Of a stretch of DNA of 64,000 nucleotides, positions 33,796 through 44,480 are shown in pieces. The notes under the pieces are model-generated. The model saw nothing but the letters and a program-made list of their open reading frames with translations, did no database searches and was not told the origin of the DNA. Origin of the DNA: Rebecca billardiae RCC1528 (taxonomy: Eukaryota; Protista; Haptophyta); NCBI GenBank assembly GCA_965240325.2, contig OZ251223.1, positions 3,596,001 through 3,660,000 on the forward strand, written 5' to 3'. The stretch's first letter is position 1, and each line of letters opens with the position of its first letter. The position numbers were made by a program, and so were the translations under genes.

Positions 33796-35150
33796 ATGGC
33801 TGGACGCGTGGCGTTCATCACCGCGTGCGCGCTGCTCGCGGCCGGCGCGCCGGCGGCGGTGGCGGAGGACAGGCGCGCCCCGCCACGCGGGCGGCCGGCG
33901 CCTGGGGCTACTCAGCCGAGCGCGCCCACCGCTGCGCCGCTCTGGGCCTCCGTGCCTGTCGGCGTCGGGCTGGGCGCGGCGATGCTGCCGTTCTCGCCCG
34001 TGTACGCAGCGATCGCGGCGGGCGTGGCGCAGGCCCCGCAGTCGCGGCTCATGATGACCCGCGTCGCCACGGCGGTGCGCACCAAGCTCGGCATCTCGCG
34101 CTCGAGCGCGGGCGAGGGCAAGACGGTCACCGTCCGCGACTTTGCGCGCGCGCTCAACGCGCGGCTGCCCAGCATTGTCGACGAGCTGTACGACGTGCCC
34201 GCCTTCCTCGTGGTGGACGCGTCGGGCAAGCCGCTCAAGATCAGCGTGGGCGAGGAGACGCGCTCGAACCTGACATTCGCCTACCTCGAGGCCGCCGACG
34301 CCCTCGCGCTCGCCAATGGGCTGCGAACACCAGCGGGCGAGCAGGTCTCGGACATCAAAGTGGTCGGGTGCGCCGCCGGAAGCGAAGCGCCGGCTGCGCG
34401 CTCCGTGCTCCGCGCCCCTCGCCGCGCGCACCGCGCGAGGAGCGGGTGGCTTGGGCCGGGCCGCCGCGCTCCGCTCACACACCCCGCGCCAACGCGCCCG
34501 CCCGCCACCCCGCCGCTCCCCTCGCAGCACCTCGCTGGGCGAGGTCGTGAAGGGCTACCTCGCCAAGCGCGCCGCCGCCGAGGCGGACGGGACGGCCGAC
34601 GAGGAGGCCGAGATGCTCATCATGCCCGGCTCGCAGGAGACGCGCATCGCCGCCGACCTGATCAGCAAGCTGGGCAGCGAGAACTCGATGGTGCCCAACG
34701 CCGTCCCCATCTACCAGGTGGACGGCCTGACGGAGCTCGAGGGTGGGCAGGGAGAAGGCAAGCCGCAGCCGCTGCTCTGCTTCTTCCGCTTCAACGACAT
34801 GCAGGCGCGCGTCGAGAAGGCGCGGAAGGCGAAGGGGGGCGACGAGAAGAACGCGACGGCGCCAGATGCGAAGCTGCGCGTGCGGCTGATGAGGCTACAC
34901 GAAGTCGCCGCGCTCGCCGGGTCGGAGCGGCTCCCAGGTGCGTGCGCGGCCACCACGCGCGCCGCGCACCCCGCATCGCGCGGCCGACGCGCGCGGAACC
35001 CTGGCACCCTCCTTCCCATCACCTCCAGGCAAGCCCCAGTTCGTGCCGTCGTCGACCGCGGTGGCAGAGCTCGCGCGCATCCACGCAGAGGCGGGCTCAC
35101 GGAACAAGAGCAGTGGGAGCCGCGTGGCCTCGAAAGGCGCCGCCAAGTGA
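33796..35150 (+). CDS. TIC22: Tic22-family plastid protein-import component; introns 34368-34527, 34938-35028
   Basis: Signal peptide plus transit-like region. Two pseudo-repeats LYDVPAFLVVDASGKPL...FAYLEAADA...TSLGEV and AVPIYQVDGL...LCFFRFNDMQ...RLHEV...QFVPS, typical of Tic22. Spliced length 1104 nt. Confidence 0.8.
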
Positions 35151-35362
35151 GGCTCCGGCTCACAGTGCAAGATCACTCAGTCGGGTGCGCGATAGCCCTG
35201 CCCCTGGCATCCCGAGTCACCGTGCCCTCCTGCCTCCTGCCTCCTCTCTCCCTTGCCACTCCTCGCGCCCACTGACCCAGTGAGTCAGTGACGACCGTGT
35301 TTGCCATGCGACTGTGTCTACTGTCACCGTGACCCAGTGATGCCGACCGAGGCGCCCTGCCG

Positions 35363-35475
35363 GCCCGAACAGTGACGGGGGTGACGGACTCGGACGATAC
35401 GGTTGAAATCGGCGCCGCGGTTCCAATGCAGAGTCTTGATGTGCTTGACGCTGTCGCTTGTCGTCACGCTTATTA
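35363..35475 (+). repeat. Dispersed ~113-bp direct repeat, copy 1 (copy 2 at 39621-39733)
   Basis: Shared gtgacggactcggacgatacggttgaaatcggcgccgc..ttccaatgcagagtctt..gtgcttgacgctgt.gcttgtcgtcacgcttatta. Confidence 0.92.
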
Positions 35476-36339
35476 TTGTCATGCACTCGTAACAGGCTGC
35501 ATGCTGAGTCCGCGCCGGCAGTGATGATTGATGACACTTTGCTCTCGACAGCGCACAGGCGGCGTCGGCTGCTGAGTATCGTCGAGTACGCTCGCAGGAC
35601 GGCGGACCGATTAAGTGCGCGCGCTGCCAGTCCCACTAAGCTAGTACCGACACTTACGTATACTGATGAGTACTGACGCGGCGCGGCACGGACAAGGCTA
35701 CTCATGCAAGGTCCCCGCACTACCGACCCTACCGAGAATACTGACCGAGTATTAGCCTACGTCAAATAGAAATAGATCGAGCTAGAGCTTACAGATAACA
35801 GAATCATACAGACTCAGACCGTCAGAGTCCGAGCCCGAGGTCGCGGTAGCTAGTACTCCGCATCAATGTCTTCAATATGACTACTGACATTATTGTGGTT
35901 ATTCATATTTATTCTTTCTCTACAACCAGATTTTCTATTCCTCGACTTTCTTCACTCGGTCCGACTACTTCCGCAACTCGGCAAGACCAAGGCCGCGCAC
36001 ACCCGACACCGGCCAGGGAGACCCCATCCACTAACTGCACCACGGCATCAACTCGAACACGGCCTCGGACCGTCGACGCGTGCAACTACATGATGACCAA
36101 GGCCGGCGACGACTGCAAATAGGCTACAGCGGCATCCCTGGGCGGCACCTACTGCCTCCGTGTGATCAGCATCGGCGACGACTACCTCACCCGCGGCCAA
36201 CGCGCTCACATCCCCCGTCTCCAATCAGTACTTCGTCTTCGACCTTAGACGAATCAGGAGAGCCGCGCCCTCGTGCCTGTGTCTTTTAAAAATCATAGAA
36301 TTGGTCCGCTGATTCAGACCGGACTGACGTGATCAGACC

Positions 36340-36622
36340 AAGGGGCTTACAAAATATTACCAGTTACCACTGGGGGCGAAAGCGCCAGTGAGGAGCCCCG
36401 TCGGATGCGATGTACATGAGACGGAAAGTGTCCGGGAGCTCGTATGAGGAAAACACAGGAATGCCTGGGAAGAATATGATGAGGTCACGACAGATCTACC
36501 CGCTTTCCCGGATTCAAACTTCTCGCACAGTGTTTTCCGCTGACCGGACCGACTTTCCGTCTCATGTACATATCGCATCCGACAGCTGTGTTTCGCCCCC
36601 AGTGGTATTTTGTAAGCCCCTT
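36340..36622. mobile_element. Foldback/MITE-like element with long imperfect terminal inverted repeats
   Basis: Left arm AAGGGGCTTACAAAATA..TACCACTGGGGGCGAAA..GTCGGATGCGATGTACATGAGACGGAAAGT is the reverse complement (with indels) of the right arm 36552-36622. No transposase. Confidence 0.75.
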
Positions 36623-36768
36623 CAGGCTTGCAAACGTCAAGCCCCCCAAAGCGGCAAAGGCCCCTCGCGCCTTGGCGGGCAACACCTCTCAGGAGGTGTT
36701 GCCCGTCCGGGAGCTCTTGAATACGCGTTGCGCGTGCGCGGGCACTCCCGGACAGCCGCCGCTCCGAG

Positions 36769-36967
36769 TCAGGGGCGTTCCCCGCATTGGTCATTCGCCA
36801 AATTGAACCACCTTCCTATTGCCCGAATTCAACGTCACACAACAATATAATAATAACGAGCTTCCTACATTTGAATACGGGATGGAAAAGACAAAGCCCC
36901 CGCAGCGGGGGCTTTGCTTTTCACGCACTGTTTCACGAGCGTGTGGCAGGATCCCGGGCGCCCTTGA
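36769..36967. mobile_element. ~200-bp structured repeat (MITE-like), copy A; inverted copy B at 44151-44342
   Basis: Ends TCAGGGGCGTTCCC / GGGCGCCCTTGA; central palindrome CAAAGCCCCCGC-A-GCGGGGGCTTTG; blocks shared with the reverse complement of 44151-44342. Confidence 0.7.
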
Positions 36968-37082
36968 TCAGACCGGACCGCTGCGCAGTCCAGCCGCAGT
37001 GTGGATCAAGGCTGAGGGGGTTCGTTGGATGGCGTCATTGTGTCGTGCACGTTGAAGCTCCCGCCGCTGCCGAGGCGCCTAC

Positions 37083-38183
37083 ATGACGAACCCGGTTGCA
37101 CTCGCGATCGTGGTGCTTGCCTCGGGTATCGTCGGCATGCACACACACGCTGCTTCTTGCCATGACGTAAACGTAAACGCTCAGTGGAGGAATGGATCTC
37201 CAGAACCACGGATCATCGGGCGCCGGGATCCGGGCGCGGTGAACCGCATCGGTGCGCCGCGCTCTAGACGCAGAAGATCACTGCACCAGCAGGTCTACCG
37301 CCTCGTGCACATCCCTAAGACAGGGGGAAGCTCATTTATGGAGGTAGTGCATCGCCTTATGCCACAGAACGCAACCATTCGCTCCTCGGAGAGGTCGTAT
37401 CGGATGCAGAAAACGGTAAAGCCCAGAGGCGGTCGCTTCGTCACCATCGTGCGCGAGCCACGCGCGCACGTCTACTCCATGTTTCTGGGCAGCAAGTACG
37501 CTCCTGCAATGCGACATCTCCAGAAAAGACCACCCTGGAACGCTGTCAACGGCTCCGAAGTGAACGCAGGGCTTGATGAGTGGCTCGACAGCTTCATCAA
37601 CGATGTCCCTCGCCGAGCAGCCCAGCCACGCACAGGGGAATGCACGCCATTACCGTGGCCAGTGTACAACCCCTGGAACCTCCAGTCGTACTTTTTCGAG
37701 GGGCTTGACGACCATGGCCACGCCTGCAAGCATTGCCATGCTGACGGGCGTTGCCATGCACATCTAGTGCCAAACATCACGATCGCTTCAGCTGCCTTGG
37801 ATGAGGTCTTTTTCGTTGGGCTGCAGTCCCATTTCCATGCAAGCCTTTGCCTCTTCGAGTGGATGGCCCGAGGCGGTGCGGTCTCCGAGCGCTGCGTGAA
37901 CAAGGTGCATGGAACGCAGACGGCCGGGCGTGGCGCCGCCGGTAACGTGCATTCCCCATTGGAAACATTGTCCGTGCCCATGCTGAAGCACTGCGTGCCC
38001 CCTCATTCACTCCACGACCTGAGCGAGCAGACCTTGGCCAAGATGGATGCCCTTACCCGCGTGGATGCGCTTTTCTACGCGCACGCAAGGCGACGCTTCG
38101 CTCATGACCTCCGGGTCATGCAGACATCTAGCGGCGTTACCCTCCTGGACAATTCATCAGAGATCCATCAGCTGCTCCTATGA
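37083..38183 (+). CDS. Golgi-type sulfotransferase (HS-2-O/6-O or Gal-3-O-sulfotransferase-like), intronless
   Basis: N-terminal signal/anchor; 5'-PSB LVHIPKTGGSSF; 3'-PB TIVREPRAHVYSMF; NLQS; FFVGLQSHFHASLCLF; DALFYAHA. Confidence 0.85.
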   Translation: MTNPVALAIVVLASGIVGMHTHAASCHDVNVNAQWRNGSPEPRIIGRRDPGAVNRIGAPRSRRRRSLHQQVYRLVHIPKTGGSSFMEVVHRLMPQNATIRSSERSYRMQKTVKPRGGRFVTIVREPRAHVYSMFLGSKYAPAMRHLQKRPPWNAVNGSEVNAGLDEWLDSFINDVPRRAAQPRTGECTPLPWPVYNPWNLQSYFFEGLDDHGHACKHCHADGRCHAHLVPNITIASAALDEVFFVGLQSHFHASLCLFEWMARGGAVSERCVNKVHGTQTAGRGAAGNVHSPLETLSVPMLKHCVPPHSLHDLSEQTLAKMDALTRVDALFYAHARRRFAHDLRVMQTSSGVTLLDNSSEIHQLLL

Positions 38184-38406
38184 CTCACTTGAGTTATCAC
38201 GGTCACAGACACGGCGTGATCACGTAATAATGACGCGTGTGATCACGTGACGCGTCACGTCGGCAATGGGTCCGTCACGTGACAGCAGTCCGGTAGTCAT
38301 GGTGTGCACCCGGACCGAGCCCCCTGGCCCGAGGCCGGGGCAGTGCGCGCCTGCGCGGGGGCCGCGCCGACTCGCCGCCAGTCCTCGACGGGCTCGAGGC
38401 TCGGCG

Positions 38407-38764
38407 ACGAGCCAAGGCCGGGGTTCGCGGCCGCGCAGTCGGATGAGCGCCGTGGCGGACGCGCCGAGCGCGGAGGCGGGCGCGCCGAGCGCGGAGGCGG
38501 CGCGTGTTGAAGGACCCCCGGAGTGCCTGTGCAGCTGTCTAATCGCGCTAGTTCATGAGTCACTCGTCAGTACTAGTGGCGAGTCCTCGAGACGAGCCAA
38601 GGTGGGTTCGCGGCCGCAGTCGGATGAGCGCCGTGGCGGACGCGCCGAGCGCGGAGGCGGGCGCGCCGAGCGCGGAGGGCGAGGCGGCGCGTGTTGAAGG
38701 ACCCCGGAGTGCCTGTGCAGCTGTCTAATCGCGCTAGTTCATGAGTCACTCGTCAGTACTAGTG
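38407..38764 (+). repeat. Tandem duplication of a ~170-185-bp unit (38407-38578 / 38592-38764)
   Basis: gacgagccaagg...cagtcggatgagcgccgtggcgga...gagtgcctgtgcagctgtctaatcgcgctagttcatgagtcactcgtcagtactagtg occurs twice, nearly identical. Confidence 0.93.
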
Positions 38765-39620
38765 TCTAGTCTGTCGTAGTTAGATTTCGTCATTATTCAC
38801 TCCAAAAAAGGCCCAAAATTTTTCCTCCCCGGGGGGGACCCCCCGGACCCCCCCGTGCGGGGCCGGACTCGTCACGTGATGTCACGTGATCACGCCTGTT
38901 GGGCAGCCGTGACGACACGTGATGGTCACTGTGCGACGAAATCCCAGCCCTGGAATGAACGTCTCTACTGTAGCTATGCGGTCTCAAAAAATCGAAACTC
39001 GGTCTCCCCTCCAGGTTGAAAATCGCGCCCCGGCCCCGGCCTTTTTTCTTTGATCAAAGATCTTTTTACAATAACGTGGTTAGTGCCCGCTGGCGGGCTC
39101 CACGCTGCGCGCTCCGCCCTGCACCACGGGCCATAATGATTAACAGTACTCAGTAGTTAGTTAAATAGACGACTGTCGTGGCAGTTGATCTGACGCGTGA
39201 ATTCATCGTCATTCATGACTCCCGCATGAGCTAGCTACTAGATATAGTTTTGAGTTTACTAAGAAAATAAGAGGCGCACACAGCTTGCAGGCAGGCGAGA
39301 TCTGAGTAGCTAGGAAAACATGAACGCGCCGCAGAGCACGGTCAATACTCAATAGGCAACTCAGGCAGGAAAAGTGGATTATTATTATTTTGGCGCACCC
39401 CCCGCCCCGAAAGGTCCGTGACGGGCGTGAGCTCGTCGTACGTAGTTCTGCTGATGTCGTCATAACATTCAGCATCGTCGTCAAGCAGCTACGTCTAGTA
39501 AGTAACTGCTATGCTCCGCTGCTGTGGAAACGGCCAACGGCCAACGGGCAGCCGCCGGCCTGCTCTGCCGTCTGCGCCTTGACCCCGACGAGTGCCCGGG
39601 CCGTATGACCACTAATGACT

Positions 39621-39733
39621 GCCCGAACGTGACGGCGGTGACGGACTCGGACGATACGGTTGAAATCGGCGCCGCTGTTCCAATGCAGAGTCTTACAAGT
39701 GCTTGACGCTGTAGCTTGTCGTCACGCTTATTA
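39621..39733 (+). repeat. Dispersed ~113-bp direct repeat, copy 2
   Basis: Near-identical to 35363-35475. Confidence 0.92.
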
Positions 39734-40897
39734 CTTCATACTTGTCACACTCACACTCCTGGCGGCACGGCTCTTGCGACAGGTCAGTCCTGAAGAGTTC
39801 AGCGTCGACATGGAGGCAGCTCGCCACGCGGGTCACGTGATACTTGGTCAGTGATCACGACTGCAGTTGACTCAGATTCAGGAATGCACGCAGCTCAGGC
39901 ACCCTACACCTACATGAATGAGCCGTGACGCCAGCACTCAGCAGTCGTCCGTGAGGCGACTGACGAGTGCGTGGCGCGACATGTGTCGGCAGTCGGGGCG
40001 AGACCTCGCGTCCGTGTCCGGAGGCTTGTAGCTTTGGGTGACCTGCATGCGTGTCGCATGCGCGCCTGCAGCCGAGGCAGGCCCTGGTGTGACGGATTTG
40101 AGCCTCGTCCCAGGCGCGCGTGTGTTGCGTGTGTGAGCCGGTCCAAGAGAGAGAGCGCGGATCACAACCGTGCCGGAGGCGTCCGGCCACATCTCGCCTG
40201 CTGCTGGCTGCTGAGCTGTGTGCGACTCCCGGACCCCCATACGGTACGGCCAGATGGTGGCGGGTACTTCGATGGTGGCTGGCCAGGTAGTGCGGCACGT
40301 CCGTGCCTCTGGACGGGCATTGAGCCGTGGCGAGGTCGCCAAATCGCGCGGCGTGGTCCCAGAGAAGGCTGCTGCTATCCCTGACCAGCTTGCTAGCCAT
40401 GCCGGTCGTTGATCACCCCGCCGTTGACAGGCGCGCACACGCCACGCGTAATCGCATGGCAGCCGTGTCGGTCGGCGGTCGCACGACTACCGCGCAGCCA
40501 ACATTGATCGTCAGACTCACGACTTGCGAGGTCAGACAGAACATTGATAGGTCTGCAGCCTCGCCTGGCATTCCCCAGAGGTCAGCACGGCCATCAGAAG
40601 GGTGATCCTGCCCGCTACTTGCCCATCCTTCCCATGCGCAACCTCACGCGCGCCGGACACACGATGACGTGGACGTGGACGTGAGAGTGGCCGAAAAGTC
40701 GGAAGGGAAGATGTCACTCACGCACACGCGCTCGTACGGCGACGCCGACCGGCGAGTGCAACGCCCCCCTGTCCCGGACGTTGCACTCGCGCCTTGGATC
40801 GCGGTGGGACGGCCATTCGCGCTTCCCTTCCGAAGTCCCCAACTTCATTTGGACCCCCCTGTAAGGCTGTAAGAGGTCCGGGAGCTGTTTCACAACG

Positions 40898-42138
40898 ATG
40901 GGGGCGAAGCGAGACCAGCTGCTCGCCGAGTCGCGCTCGGCGCTCATCGCCGAGTTCTTCAGGCTGACGCGAGACGCCGAGGCGGCTCGCGAGGGCGAGA
41001 CAGCAGCGAGCATCCGCCTGCAGGCCGTCTGGAGGGGACACATCGTTCGCCGCCTCGTGCGCGATTGGCACGCGGGCGGCCTGCACATTGAGCGCGTGTA
41101 CCGCGGCCACCTCGGGCGCACAGAAGCGCACCGCGTGCGGAGGCAGAGGCGGATATACTGGCAGCAGGTGTACTTCAGCCAGTGTGCCACGGCCGTGCAG
41201 AAGTGGTGCGTCGCCCGCGCGCGCAGGCCCACGCTGCGCGCGCGCCGGCCGGGGCCATTCCGCGCTCACGCCGCTTGCCCGTGCGCGCGCGCGCCGCAGG
41301 TTCCGAGGCTACCACAGCCGGCGGTACAAACACAACTACTACGCGCGCAAGGCGTACGTGAGTGCCGTACTCGAGCGCTCAGAGGCCGTGCGCGAGGAGC
41401 TCGAGGAGCAGCTGCGCGCGCAGGTGGACGCGACCGTCGCTGCGCAGGAGCAGGATGCGCGCGACAAGGTGCAGCATCTCTCCGCCAAGCTGCACCACCT
41501 CGTCTCGACGAAGACGATGCCGGGGATCTACAACTCGCCGATGCACGACGGCTTCCTGCCGACCGCCTTCTCCATCCCCGTCGAGCAGCACCTGCGCAAC
41601 GCGATCAAACCGCAGCTGCGCGAGGAGGCGGCGCTGCGCGCCAAGGGCAAGCTCAAAAACACGCGCCCCGACATGTCCGCGCTCAAAGAGCGAGGCCGGC
41701 GCGAGCCCGAGCCGTACCGGACGCACGACGAGGCGCGGCGCGCGGAGACGCGCTCGAGCAAGGCCGGCTTCATCGCCGGCCCGTTCCACACCGCCACCTC
41801 GCAGCGGGAGTCCTTCAGCGGGCCGCACGTCTCGCTTCACACCGGCACGCCGTACATTGACGGCGGCATGCACACCATCAGCCGCGAGACCAAGAAGACC
41901 TCGTGGGTCTCGTCCAAGGTGCGCACGGGCGCGCCGAGCGCGCGAGACGCGCACGACACGGCCGTGCGTGTGGGGCGGCGCTTCACAGGCCTGACACGCT
42001 GCGCGCGCCTGCGCCCCTTCCCCCTGGCTGCGCCCGCTGCGCCCGGGGTGTGGTACCCTTGACCTTGTTCGCGCCCGCGCCGCGCAGCCCTTCCACACAA
42101 CGGTGCCATCCAACCGCCTCCTCGAGACCCAGAGATAA
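40898..42138 (+). CDS. SPATA17: SPATA17-like IQ-motif ciliary/flagellar protein; introns 41206-41299, 41919-42087
   Basis: Three IQ motifs (LQAVWRGHIVR, IERVYRGHLGR, VQKWFRGYHSR across the splice), then HNYYARKAY and the diagnostic KLHHLVSTKTMPGIYNSP. Confidence 0.88.
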
Positions 42139-42599
42139 GGCGTGCACGCGCTGATCGGAGCAGAGCGCGCCGGAGCGGTCGAGCTCTCCTCCGCGGTCAC
42201 TCTGGCCAGCCTGCCCGTCCCGCGCCTCATGGCTGGTGAGTGGTGGGCGCCGCACTCGCGCCGCAGACATAGCCGTACATGCACGGTACCACACACAGGG
42301 TCGCGCACTCGCAGTCACGCCCCGCGACTCGCTCTGCGGCTCTGCAGCTGTCCGTGACTCTACGTACAGCTCAGTGGCCCGACCCGCTGCTGCCCGCGGC
42401 CGCGCCGCGGTGCCCGGGCTGGCCGTGCACGCCAGTCCGCAGTCGGCCCGACGCGGCAGGCGGCGCCGGGTCGGCGGGCGGCCGCCGGGCCGCCCCGGGG
42501 CCGGCCCCGGGGCGCCGCGCCCGCGGCCGCAGCAGTGGCATGAGTGACAGGCTGCACTGTCGTCGGACTGAGTAGCTAGTGAGAGTACTGACGAGTAGT

Positions 42600-43070
42600 G
42601 GCTCTGGCTCCGGTTGACCCCTGCCAGTCCGGTCATAGAAACCGGGCGTACCGAAAATGATCTTCGCATTCCTGCGGCCCGGAATGAACGCCCGAAGTGT
42701 AATCCCACAGGGCCCCAAGTAGGGACTAGGGTTGCTATGGATGGCCAATAAGTGCCCAGGGTGTGAAACCCAGTTTGTGACTACTTCAGATTCTATTTTT
42801 CATAGCTATTTACCCAGTCCGGTGACACATTTCCAATAGCTACGGGTGCATCCGGATCGCTCCCGGATCGTGTTCTGACCAGAGTCAGAAATGGGTAAAT
42901 ACATAGTAAAAATAGAGTCTGAACTATAGAGGAAGTGCTTGTTGGCCCAATATCGCTCTGAAGTCATCATCTAGGCATCCATTGAGGTCCTCCTGTGCAG
43001 TTTTCACGAGTGACTTCATGAAGGAGCTCACAGTGCCCGTCTCTGGCAGGGGTCAACCGAAGCCAGAGCC
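42600..43070. mobile_element. 471-bp MITE with 28-bp TIRs, apparent 4-bp TAGT target-site duplication and internal inverted repeat
   Basis: GGCTCTGGCTCCGGTTGACCCCTGCCAG ... CTGGCAGGGGTCAACCGAAGCCAGAGCC (1 mismatch). TAGT on both flanks. AT-rich interior with IR 42786-42815 / 42892-42923. Confidence 0.88.
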
Positions 43071-44150
43071 TAGTTAGTGAGCAGTCTGTAGGCGCGGGTC
43101 ACCCGCACCGTAGAATCGGCCCCGGCGGCGAGTCTCAGTCTGTCCGAACTAGCTCGTAACTAGCTCATGACGTAACGGGCGTAACTGTCTCGACTGCGCG
43201 GAGTGATGAGATGATGACCAGTGACTTATAATTAGCAGTGAGACAGCGGGCTGGGTCCGACTGGCAGCCTGGCTGCTGGCACGGTCTCGGGCGGGCTCTG
43301 TCTGCGCCTCTCGGACCGTCACCGTAGTCACTACGATTTAACTACGATTGGCACACTAGTCACAATATATGTTATCCGGAAATCGGAATTCATGTATCGT
43401 ATCATAAGCAGTATTAACGTTTACGGTAAGTCACCGACACCGTACTGTCCGTAGGCGTACTGTTAGCTGTGCCAGTGTCTGGTCCGTGGCAGAGTCCCGG
43501 AACTCTGGCTGCCGGTACCATTGGTCTCGAGGCTTCACGGGGCCAAGCGGCAATCCTGGTGTACAGAGCAAGCAACAAAAGATACGCGAATAAATAGGCC
43601 ACCGACGCCGCCAGAGTGCCCAGTGAAATGGCTCCGAAGCCTCGCCGAGCGCTGTATCCCTGTGCGTGCGTGTGTGATGTGATCGACGGATGGTTTGGTG
43701 TACGTGCCCTAGTGATGGATCCACCAGCGTTTCACGCCATCGCGCGGGCCAAATGGGTCGTCACGGGAGTGTCCCGAGTGTCCCGCCTCCGACGAGATCC
43801 ACCAGCGCGGCACGCCGTCATACTTGTGCAGCTCCACGGACTCCTCGATCATCCCGTCAGCGGCCGGTGGCCTCAGGAACGCCTCGGCCGCTGACACATC
43901 TGCAGTGAGCTCGCTGGCGTCCAAAGTCGGGAGAAACATTTTCCTAGTGAGGTGCAAGGTTGTGGGCGCAGTGCATGAGCGCAAAGCGCGCGCGAGCGAA
44001 AGTAGACGCCGCGATCAGCCTCACCTGCTGCCGGCGACGACCGCGAGCTGGCTGTGGCAGGACGGCTTTACCCTGGCTTTACGGCCACCGGCCAGGTCCC
44101 AAGCGGGGCCGCACGGTGTGTTCAAACTTCGTCAGCTTTCGGCTGTTTCG

Positions 44151-44342
44151 TCGTTCACAAGGGCGTTCCCGGGATCCTGCCACACGCTCCCGAAAGCAAT
44201 ATGCCCCCCCCTGGGGGGGGCATTGCTACCGGACTGGCGCGGGCCGTAATCAAATGTACCCGCTTTAAATGGAGGAAGCCAATTTCAATAGGAACGCGGT
44301 TCGATTTGAGGTATGACCAGTGCGGGGAACGCCCCTGAACGA
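44151..44342. mobile_element. ~190-bp structured repeat (MITE-like), copy B
   Basis: Terminal IR TCGTTCA(CA)AGGGCGTTCCC / GGGAACGCCCCTGAACGA; central palindrome ATG-C8-T-G8-CAT; homologous (inverted) to 36769-36967. Confidence 0.72.
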
Positions 44343-44480
44343 ACCCGGGCGGGCCGGACTCCGGACTGGCGACCGGCGGCGGCGGCGGCGGGTACGCCCA
44401 CAACCTTCCGTTGGACCTCCTGCGGCGCCGGCAGCGTCGTGGGGTGTGGGCTGGTCAACGCCTCAACGGGGGGGCAGGTC

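Noticed and set aside
30355-34530. 1391-aa ORF taken as the COPG product
   Set aside because: It is a chimera of antisense Tic22 sequence, true exon 1, intron read-through and out-of-frame sequence. The spliced 939-aa model fits gamma-COP.
36886-36921. GC hairpin followed by T-run resembling a Rho-independent terminator
   Set aside because: The context is eukaryotic, no gene ends there, and it is the central palindrome of a repeated element.
38407-38764. Repeat array as CRISPR
   Set aside because: Two long tandem units with no unique spacers and no cas genes.
35363-39733. Direct repeats as LTRs of a retrotransposon, or as tRNA-derived SINEs
   Set aside because: No TG..CA termini, PBS/PPT, TSD or gag/pol. 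GGTTGAAATC only loosely resembles a B box and no cloverleaf was evident.
39855-40872. Several short overlapping ORFs (also 43149-44268)
   Set aside because: No consistent codon bias or recognisable motifs; treated as intergenic.
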